A stretch of DNA of 64,000 nt, taken from an uncultured bacterium. Its GTDB lineage: Bacteria > Cyanobacteriota > Cyanobacteriia > Cyanobacteriales > Chroococcidiopsidaceae. A program made the position numbers and the translations under genes. Of the stretch, positions 30,196 through 37,957 are shown in pieces. How positions within the stretch are numbered: the stretch's first letter is position 1; the number at the start of each line of letters is the position of its first letter. The stretch spans positions 13,149 through 77,148 of the forward strand of contig CAXUIG010000002.1 in NCBI GenBank assembly GCA_964250845.1, read 5' to 3'. The notes under the pieces were generated by a model. The model had not been told where the DNA came from and searched no databases. It saw only the letters and a program-made list of their open reading frames with translations.

Positions 30196-33100
30196 AATTC
30201 TATCTTAATCCTATTGCTGGCTTTGCCATTTACTAGCTTAACCGTCTCATTTTTTTGCTTATTTTCTTGAGTAAATTTATCAGAGTCTAAGCCAATCTCC
30301 TGCACTAGATAATCAGTCAGCAACTCTACAGTAGGATACTCAAAAACTAAATTTAGCGGCAAAGACAATTTTAAACTCCTTTGCAGGTGATTTTTTAAAT
30401 CTAAAGAAGTTAGCGAATCCATTCCTAGCTCGAAAAACCTTTTCTGTAGATCGATTGGTTCTGATTGCCAACCGAGGACTTTAGCCACTACTGAACAAAT
30501 ATGCTCCTGCAAAAGCTTGCGACGTTTGGTAATATTTGTTGTCTTTAATTTTTCAACCAGATCAGATTGCACAACCACAGTTTTTACTGAAGTTTGTAAA
30601 AAATTAGTGAGAAACGACGAAACTGAAGTTGATTTTTCCAAAATCTGCACCCAATTAATAGGCATAACTGCAACTTGAGTAGAGGATTGACACAGTAATT
30701 GATCCAGAGCAACTAATCCCTGTTCTGGGGTAAACGTTCCAATACCCCGCGATTTTGTTTGCTCATCAAGTTGACGCTGTGCGAAGGCTCCTACTTGCGA
30801 CCAAGCTCCCCAGTTGATGCTCAAACCTGCTAGTCCCTGAGCCTGGCGATGATGGGCTAAGGCATCAAGAAAAGCATTAGCTGCTGCATGGTTAGATTGA
30901 CCTGGATTACCAAGTAAAGAACTTATAGAAGAAAACATCACAAAGAAGTCTAAGGGCTGGTTCTGAGTTAAAGTATGCAGATGCCAAGCTCCTTGTACTT
31001 TTGGAGCCAGAACTTTTGCAAAGCGTTGCCAGTTTTGTTGTTGTAGAACGCCATCATCCAAAACACCAACAGAATGAATAATTCCGCGCAGTGGTGGTAA
31101 AGTTTGCTCAATTTCTGAGAGTACTTTTGTGATTTGTTTGACATCAGACACATCCGCCTGAGCAACCTTTACCTGAGCGCCAGCTTGTTCTAACTCTTGA
31201 AGTTGCTCATTAACAGTAACACTTGCAGCACTACGCCCAACTAGCACCAAATGCCTTGCTCCCCGTTGCACCATCCAACGAGATACCAATAAACCCAAAC
31301 CACCCATACCGCCAGTTATCAGGTAGGTACTATCCTCACGGAACGTTAGAGGCTTGCGCGCTGCTGTTTCTATATAATCTTTAGGCTTCCGGTAGCGAGC
31401 TAACCTTGCGACATAACGCAGTTGGTCAGTAAAGGCAACCTGGTCTTCTGTAGTCGGTAACCAAATTTCCTCAAATAGGGCTTGCACCACTCCAGCATCC
31501 GCCTTTGGAGTCAAATCTACCCGCACACAGTTGAGTTCTGGATGTTCGCTAGCAATCACCCTTGCCATTCCCCACAAGCTTGATTGTGCTACTCCCTCTA
31601 GGTTGTTGATTGCCACTGCTCCCTGAGTTACTAACCAGAGACGAGGATGAGCAAATAAATTAGCCCCTGTTAATGCCTGGACTAAATGCAAGGTGCTACC
31701 ACAACTTAGCAAGGATGCCGCAGCTAAATCGGCTGGGGTGAGTTCTGCTGCTTTAAGTGTATCTAAACTCCAGCAATGAACGACACCATACAAAGGCAAG
31801 GGTTTGCTATTGATTGCCTGCAATAACTTGTGATAATGTTGTGGTTTTCTTGGATTAATTTTGAACTTTTGCTCGTCTAATTGTTCATATTCCTCACCAA
31901 CAAATACTAAGGTACAAATTTGTGAGTGAGTATCTAGCTTGGCAGCTAACTGCTGCGCTATCCCTAGCCGATCTGCGAATAACAGCCAATGTCTTGGCTC
32001 AATTTGCAGCGACTCATTTTGTGATGGTGGTAATTGTGCCAGCATTACCATTGCTGGAGATAAAACGCTTTGAGTCTGTTGAGCAGGTGATAGATTGACT
32101 GTGCTTGTAAACCCAGTCTCTTGCAATACTTCTTGCCATTGAGCAGCACTAATCAAGGGATAGTCTGGGCGCAAGTGCAAATCGCTAAATCGCCACCATC
32201 CTGGAGTTAATCCAAAGGTTAAGTCCAGCCAACGCTGACGCTGAGTTGTTTCCAATAAAATTAATATGCCCTGTGGTGCTAATAATTGCTTGGCGTGCTT
32301 GAGGGTTTGTTGCAAATATTGGGTGGCATGCAAGACATTGGCAGCGACAATTACATCATATTGCTGCCTTTGAAATCCTTGGCTAAAGGGGTCCTTTTCA
32401 ATGTCTAATACTTTATATTTTAGAAATGGGAAATCCTGGAATTTTTCCTGTGCTTTTTGGGTAAAAAAGATACCAATATCGCTGAAGTGGTATTGGGTTT
32501 GCTCACAGGACAAAGGTGGTAGCAGGTAAGAGGTTGTTCCACCAGTTCCGGCACCAATTTCCAATATTCTTAATCCCCGTCCAGTTGGTAAATGCTCTAA
32601 AATTGAAACTAGGGCTTGTTGGGCTAAGATATTCATCACCTTTGTCAGTGGCGAATTCTCATATAACTGGGCTGTAGTTGAGTCGTCTTCGGGGAAAAGC
32701 AATTGCAATGGGTCACATTCACCCCGTAGGACTTGGGCTAATGATGGGCCGCAACGTCCTAGTAGAGTGAATTCAGCATTTGCTATTGGATATTGAGTTA
32801 ACAGGGTATTTAATTTAGCTTGCGGATCGCTGATTTCTGGCTGGCGAATGACTTGCCACTCAAAAGCTTTTGCCTCTAACACCCCTACTTCCGCTAACAT
32901 TTCTAGCAGTCGCTTTAATAGCCGTTGGTGTTGGCTGACTATTCCTAACTGGTTAGCGATCGCGGTTGTAGTGAAGCGCTGCCCTAGTTGCAGTTCCCAC
33001 CCCATTGCCGTCAGGGCTTGCAACACATAGTCAATACTGAGTGCTTCTAACTGGCTGACTGCTACCTCATAAACTTTTAGCTGTGGTTCAGCCATCAATT

Positions 33101-36100
33101 GAGAATATTGTGGGTGAAGTTTACGGCTAATTTCTTCAAGTGCTGGCAGGTAATCTGGATACAGTTGCTCATTGCTAAAGCGCACTTGAGGATGCCACTC
33201 TACTTCATACAGCCAATTCTCTAAATAATTTTCTTTGAAGTCTAGCTGGAGACTTTGTAACAAAGTGTTAGGAGTCGCTTTTTTAGCCTCCAAGCCTTTG
33301 ATTTCTGCAATCAACTGTCCGTTAGCGTCAAAAAGTCTGATATCTGCTAATAGCTTGTCTAGATGGGAGTTCTCCGACTGCGACCGTACCGCATGACACC
33401 ATAATTGCTGACTTTGGGGACGTTGGTAAAACCGGAAACTCTCAATTGCGAAGGGTACAAAAGTGTCTTCGCTAGGGAAGAAAGTGCTGATCAGTTGCAA
33501 GCAGGAGTCCACAAGACCCGGATACAACTGATACTCGTATTGACTATCTCCTACGGAAAGCCATTTGAGCTTGGCTAGGGCTTCTCCTTCCCCACACCAG
33601 ATGGAATCAAGCCACTGGAAGCTTGAACCCAATTGAATCTGCCGCTTTTGCAAACTTTGGTAAATTTCGAGTGCAGCTATTTGTTTTTGACAACGTGTCT
33701 TTATCTGTTGGAGAAAGACAGTTTCTAGTCTAGTGTTAACGCCTTTAGAGATTTTCCCTGTGGCATGGACTAGCCACTGACCTACCTGAGTACTACTATT
33801 TGGGACTGTATCAAAGCTGATGAGTTGGAAAGATGCACTACTCTCCTCTGGAGACAGCACCAGCTGCACCGTGCGCACTTTATCTTCGGGGATAACCAGT
33901 GCCTGGGGGAAAACTATATTTTCTAACAGACATGACTCACTGGCGAAAGTCAACCCTGCTGCACCCAATAGTAAGGAGAGATGACAGGCTCCAGGCACAA
34001 CAATTTGGTTATAAACTTGATGATCTACTAAAAACGGTAGGTTTTGGGTACTGAATTCAGACTCAAACAAGATTTCTTTGCTTAGGGGCAGCTGGAGCTT
34101 TTTGTCTAATAATGGGTGCAGTTTTGTAGAGTTTTGTTGCCGTTGATGCCGACGCGGAGTATTCTCAATCCAATAGCGCTGTCGTTGAAACGGATAGGTG
34201 GGTAGTGTGACTTTCTTCCGGAAATAGTCGCGGTCAAACCCTGACCAATCTACTGCCATTCCGCCTACATATAACTCAGCCAAACTAGAAAGCAGTTGTT
34301 GCCATTCTGACACTCCAACACGCAGAGAAGGCAACCACAAACCCACGCTGTCAGGCAAGCACTCACGCCCCATACCCAACAAAATTGGCTTGGGCCCAAC
34401 CTCTAAAAAGACTTCATACCCTTGCTGATGCAATGTCTGCATACTATCGGCAAACCGCACTGTTTGACGGACGTGATTCACCCAGTATTGTGCATTGGTG
34501 ATATTCTCGTCAGCAAGTTGTCCGGTGACATTAGAGACTAATGGGATCTGAGGTTGATTGTAGGTGACATGACTAGCTACTTGTTCAAACTCCTTCAACA
34601 TCGGTGTCATCAATGGGGAATGGAAGGCATGGGATACCTGTAACCGCTTCGTTTTCACCCCCTGGGTTGACACTTGCTGACAAATAGCAGCAATGTCTTC
34701 ACTGGCTCCCGAAATCACTACACTTTCGAGCCCATTGATAGCAGCGATCGCCACTGTATGATCATAAGGAGCGATCGCTTCGAGCACCAGCTCCTCTGAA
34801 GCCATCAGCGAAACCATATCGCCTCCCGATGGCAACTGCTGCATCAACTGTCCTCGATGAAAAATGAGTTTGAGTCCATCTTCCAAGCTAAAAACACCAG
34901 CTATACAAGCAGCAACATATTCGCCTACGCTATGCCCCATCACCACATTTGGTTCAATGCCCCAGGATTTCCACAGTTGATACAGGGCATATTCAAAAGC
35001 AAACAACGCTGGTTGGGTATAGGCGGTTTGGTCCAACAAATATGAGACTTGCTCAAGAGCCTGGGTAGGATAGAGTATCTCTAATAATGAATATTCCAGA
35101 TAAGGGCGGAGGATTTCATCGCACTGCTGCAAAGTTTGGCGGAAGATGGGCTGAGTGTCGTAGATTTGGCGCCCCATGTTGATGTACTGTGAGCCTTGAC
35201 CAGTAAACAAGAAGGCTATCTTTGGTGGCTTTTTGCCTGGTTGACGACTAATTAAGCCAGCGGTGTCTTTCCCAGATGCCAAAGCAGTGAGTTGATCAAC
35301 CAATTGCTCTCTAGAGTCGGCCACAATAGCAAGACGGTAGTCAAAATGTGCTCGCCCACTGTTGGCCGTGTAACAAATATCTGCTAGCGATATCTTCAAA
35401 TCGGAGCTTAAATAAATTTGATATCTTTTTGCCAGTTCCTTTAGAGCCTTCTCAGTTTTCGCCGAAAGTGTCATCAAGTGGCTTGGACGCTCAATTTTCG
35501 TAACAACTATTTCTTCTGGCACTGACGACTCTTCTAGGATTACATGGGCATTAACACCCCCAAAACCAAAGGAACTTACCCCTGCTCGTCTAGGAATATT
35601 TGTTCCTGCTTTTGTCTTTAAATGTTCCCACTCTTTTGTTTCTTTAACTATATAAAATGGACTACCATCTAACTTGATTCGAGGATTTAATTGCTGAAAG
35701 TTATTCATTCCTGGCAATTTTTTATATTTTATTGCCAATAATACTTTTATGATCTCGGCAATACCTGCTGCTGATTCTAAATGTCCAATATTTGTTTTGA
35801 CTGAACCTAATCCACAATAGCTTTCTGCGGTTAGTTCAATACCATAGTGCTGATACAGTTGTGTATATGCTCGTTTTAAAGCATTAATTTCAATTGGGTC
35901 GCCTAATGGCGTACCTGTTCCATGAGCTTCTATATAAGATACTGTATCAGGCGTAATATTTGCCTTTATACATGCAGACCTCACAACTTGCGATTGAGAA
36001 TAAGCATTGGGAGAGGTTAAAGTACGGGCATGACCACCATGATTTATGGCACTCCCTTTAACTATTCCATAAATATAATTTTTATCCTCAACTGCTTTTC

Positions 36101-36902
36101 TAAAAGGTTTTAATAAAATGACACCTGCCCCTTCACCTCGCACATAACCGTCTGCTTTGGCATCAAAGGTTTTGCATTTGCCTTCAGGTGATAACATACC
36201 CAACTTACTGAAAGAGATATAACTAGTCGGTGTACACAATATGCTGACCCCACCAACTAATGCCATCTCACATTCATTTTGATTAAGTGAATTCACTGCT
36301 TGATGAATTGCGACAAGTGAGCTAGAACAAGCAGTATCTATAGGAATACTAGGACCATGAAAGTTGAAAAAATAGGAAATTCGATTTGGAATAATACAAG
36401 TATAGGTACCTGTAGAATTATGTCCTTCAATGGCTTCGCCCTGCTCCTGTAATTCTTTATAATCGAAATTACAAACGCCAATAAAAACACCAACGTTATT
36501 TCCTGATAGTTCTAATGGTGAATATCCAGCATCTTCTAAGCATGACCAGCTCAGTTCTAGCATTAGCCTTTGTTGAGGGTCCATTCGCTTAGCTTCTCGA
36601 GCTGATACCTGGAAAAAATTTGCGTCAAATTTATCTATGTCTTCGATAAATCCTCCCCATTTACTATTACTTGTATTGGGATTATCGATATTTGAAGAAT
36701 AAAAATCATCAAGATTCCATCGTTGTTTAGGTATCTCCGTTACACTATCTATTCCTTTTTCTATATTCACCCAAAATTCATTATAATTATTTGCACCTGG
36801 AAATCTACATGCCATACCAATAATGGCAATTGCCTCTGGCTGAATGCTAACCTTTAACAAATCACTATCAAAATCACCTGTCATGTCAGTTTCATTGTTC
36901 AT
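30192..36902 (-). CDS. Type I polyketide synthase module KS-AT-DH-cMT-KR-ACP. It starts directly with KS, with no loading didomain.
   Basis: ORF track, 2236 aa. KS: DTACSSSLVAIH, EAHGTGT, NIGHLE. AT: GHSVGE and HAFH (malonyl-type). DH: LVDHQVYNQIVVPGA. cMT: LRILEIGAGTGG. KR: TYLITGGMGGLG, LDD motif, but NHAAAN where NYAAAN is expected. ACP: LGMDSLTS. Confidence 0.95.
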   Translation of the reverse strand: MNNETDMTGDFDSDLLKVSIQPEAIAIIGMACRFPGANNYNEFWVNIEKGIDSVTEIPKQRWNLDDFYSSNIDNPNTSNSKWGGFIEDIDKFDANFFQVSAREAKRMDPQQRLMLELSWSCLEDAGYSPLELSGNNVGVFIGVCNFDYKELQEQGEAIEGHNSTGTYTCIIPNRISYFFNFHGPSIPIDTACSSSLVAIHQAVNSLNQNECEMALVGGVSILCTPTSYISFSKLGMLSPEGKCKTFDAKADGYVRGEGAGVILLKPFRKAVEDKNYIYGIVKGSAINHGGHARTLTSPNAYSQSQVVRSACIKANITPDTVSYIEAHGTGTPLGDPIEINALKRAYTQLYQHYGIELTAESYCGLGSVKTNIGHLESAAGIAEIIKVLLAIKYKKLPGMNNFQQLNPRIKLDGSPFYIVKETKEWEHLKTKAGTNIPRRAGVSSFGFGGVNAHVILEESSVPEEIVVTKIERPSHLMTLSAKTEKALKELAKRYQIYLSSDLKISLADICYTANSGRAHFDYRLAIVADSREQLVDQLTALASGKDTAGLISRQPGKKPPKIAFLFTGQGSQYINMGRQIYDTQPIFRQTLQQCDEILRPYLEYSLLEILYPTQALEQVSYLLDQTAYTQPALFAFEYALYQLWKSWGIEPNVVMGHSVGEYVAACIAGVFSLEDGLKLIFHRGQLMQQLPSGGDMVSLMASEELVLEAIAPYDHTVAIAAINGLESVVISGASEDIAAICQQVSTQGVKTKRLQVSHAFHSPLMTPMLKEFEQVASHVTYNQPQIPLVSNVTGQLADENITNAQYWVNHVRQTVRFADSMQTLHQQGYEVFLEVGPKPILLGMGRECLPDSVGLWLPSLRVGVSEWQQLLSSLAELYVGGMAVDWSGFDRDYFRKKVTLPTYPFQRQRYWIENTPRRHQRQQNSTKLHPLLDKKLQLPLSKEILFESEFSTQNLPFLVDHQVYNQIVVPGACHLSLLLGAAGLTFASESCLLENIVFPQALVIPEDKVRTVQLVLSPEESSASFQLISFDTVPNSSTQVGQWLVHATGKISKGVNTRLETVFLQQIKTRCQKQIAALEIYQSLQKRQIQLGSSFQWLDSIWCGEGEALAKLKWLSVGDSQYEYQLYPGLVDSCLQLISTFFPSEDTFVPFAIESFRFYQRPQSQQLWCHAVRSQSENSHLDKLLADIRLFDANGQLIAEIKGLEAKKATPNTLLQSLQLDFKENYLENWLYEVEWHPQVRFSNEQLYPDYLPALEEISRKLHPQYSQLMAEPQLKVYEVAVSQLEALSIDYVLQALTAMGWELQLGQRFTTTAIANQLGIVSQHQRLLKRLLEMLAEVGVLEAKAFEWQVIRQPEISDPQAKLNTLLTQYPIANAEFTLLGRCGPSLAQVLRGECDPLQLLFPEDDSTTAQLYENSPLTKVMNILAQQALVSILEHLPTGRGLRILEIGAGTGGTTSYLLPPLSCEQTQYHFSDIGIFFTQKAQEKFQDFPFLKYKVLDIEKDPFSQGFQRQQYDVIVAANVLHATQYLQQTLKHAKQLLAPQGILILLETTQRQRWLDLTFGLTPGWWRFSDLHLRPDYPLISAAQWQEVLQETGFTSTVNLSPAQQTQSVLSPAMVMLAQLPPSQNESLQIEPRHWLLFADRLGIAQQLAAKLDTHSQICTLVFVGEEYEQLDEQKFKINPRKPQHYHKLLQAINSKPLPLYGVVHCWSLDTLKAAELTPADLAAASLLSCGSTLHLVQALTGANLFAHPRLWLVTQGAVAINNLEGVAQSSLWGMARVIASEHPELNCVRVDLTPKADAGVVQALFEEIWLPTTEDQVAFTDQLRYVARLARYRKPKDYIETAARKPLTFREDSTYLITGGMGGLGLLVSRWMVQRGARHLVLVGRSAASVTVNEQLQELEQAGAQVKVAQADVSDVKQITKVLSEIEQTLPPLRGIIHSVGVLDDGVLQQQNWQRFAKVLAPKVQGAWHLHTLTQNQPLDFFVMFSSISSLLGNPGQSNHAAANAFLDALAHHRQAQGLAGLSINWGAWSQVGAFAQRQLDEQTKSRGIGTFTPEQGLVALDQLLCQSSTQVAVMPINWVQILEKSTSVSSFLTNFLQTSVKTVVVQSDLVEKLKTTNITKRRKLLQEHICSVVAKVLGWQSEPIDLQKRFFELGMDSLTSLDLKNHLQRSLKLSLPLNLVFEYPTVELLTDYLVQEIGLDSDKFTQENKQKNETVKLVNGKASNRIKIEL

Positions 36903-36925
36903 ACTTCAACTCGCTAAACACTGCT

Positions 36926-37102
36926 TTAATTATTTAACTGCATAAGCTTTTGAATATTCCTGATTCGTCTAAAGTGAGTCGGGTTTGCATGAAACAGGCA
37001 AAACTTTTCGTAGGCACTCACCCACAGCCTCTCCAGGTGCTCAATCGGGAACTGTCTCAAGGTTTCTGGGTTAGATAATTGGGGCTGTGCGGCAAGGTTC
37101 AT
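36926..37102 (-). CDS. Hypothetical 58-aa protein immediately upstream of the first PKS gene and co-oriented with it.
   Basis: My translation: MNLAAQPQLSNPETLRQFPIEHLERLWVSAYEKFCLFHANPTHFRRIRNIQKLMQLNN, then a stop. It falls below the 60-aa cutoff of the ORF track. The stop lies 23 nt before the PKS ATG. I recognise no motif. Confidence 0.3.
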   Translation of the reverse strand: MNLAAQPQLSNPETLRQFPIEHLERLWVSAYEKFCLFHANPTHFRRIRNIQKLMQLNN

Positions 37103-37248
37103 TTACTTATGATACTAGAAAAAATTATGTGATCAAGTCCCTGACTTAAATCCTTACAATACAATAAACTCATTGAAATTAAAAAACTACGCTGAACTTA
37201 AGTTTACAAATCATCTCACCTTCATCACCAAAATGCAATATAAATTAA

Positions 37249-37309
37249 GACAGTTAAGTGGACAGTTAAGACAGTTAAGCAGATAGTTAAAATATTTAAA
37301 ACAGTTAAT
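37249..37309 (-). promoter_or_regulatory. Array of CTTAACTGT(C) motifs, read on the minus strand, upstream of the PKS-NRPS operon. Candidate transcription-factor binding array.
   Basis: The plus strand shows gacagttaag at 37249-37258 and 37261-37270, and acagttaag at 37271-37279. Degenerate copies are agatagttaa and acagttaat (37301-37309). The same motif, in the same orientation relative to transcription, occurs at 42980-42995 upstream of the LeuB-like gene and at 39654-39680. Confidence 0.45.
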
Positions 37310-37338
37310 CAAGACTAATTAGGTAACTGTAACTAACA

Positions 37339-37362
37339 TAAAAAAAGAGGCATACAGCCTCT
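37339..37362 (-). terminator. Putative intrinsic terminator after the small membrane-protein gene.
   Basis: The minus strand reads agaggc-tgtat-gcctct followed by a run of seven T. This is a 6-bp stem and 5-nt loop, about 95 nt downstream of the stop at 37458. Confidence 0.45.
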
Positions 37363-37457
37363 AGAGCCCAAAAAAGGGCTATCCTGGGATTTTAGTGAAA
37401 GTTTATCTATTACTAGGAAAACCCAAGATAATCACAAGGTGAAAGCCCTGATTTTGC

Positions 37458-37829
37458 TCAGCCATCAGATGTTTTTAGCGCCTTAAACTCAGAATAAAGC
37501 TGTATTTCAGCTTTAAGTTTGTGTTTTAGATCGTCTGAAATAGCCAAACTGTCAATTTCGCTCAGGAGACTTGCGCTTGGTTCAGTTTTGCGGCGCTCCG
37601 CATACACTCCAGAGAGAATAGCGTCAATTCCGAATCGAGCTAAAGCATCGCTAACGAGCGTCATAAGACCTATTACGGTTATACCACCTATGATTCCAAA
37701 AGGTCCACCAAACATAGCAATTGCTATTGGTATAGCCAAATAAACTGCCAACCCTCTAGTGGCTAATGTAATAACAAGTATTACGCCACTTAACCCCAGA
37801 GATGCAATTCTTTTAATTACGTCATCCAT
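37458..37829 (-). CDS. Small membrane protein (two predicted glycine-rich hydrophobic helices plus an amphipathic C-terminal tail). Paralogue of 46119..46520.
   Basis: ORF track, 123 aa. It aligns along its length with the 133-aa ORF at 46119. Shared blocks: MDxxxKxIAxLGLxGVILVIT, GGPFGIxGGI, LMTLV, ALAxxGIxxIL, YAER, TE, LKxKLK. Confidence 0.8.
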   Translation of the reverse strand: MDDVIKRIASLGLSGVILVITLATRGLAVYLAIPIAIAMFGGPFGIIGGITVIGLMTLVSDALARFGIDAILSGVYAERRKTEPSASLLSEIDSLAISDDLKHKLKAEIQLYSEFKALKTSDG

Positions 37830-37957
37830 TACAGTACCTGTTAGTTAGTTAAAATTTTGCCTTTTTTACTTTATCCTACATTTCGGTTGTTGTCATTATT
37901 TATTTGCCATCAAAACATCAGCTGTACAAGTGACACAAGTAAGCGCCCCTGGATGAA

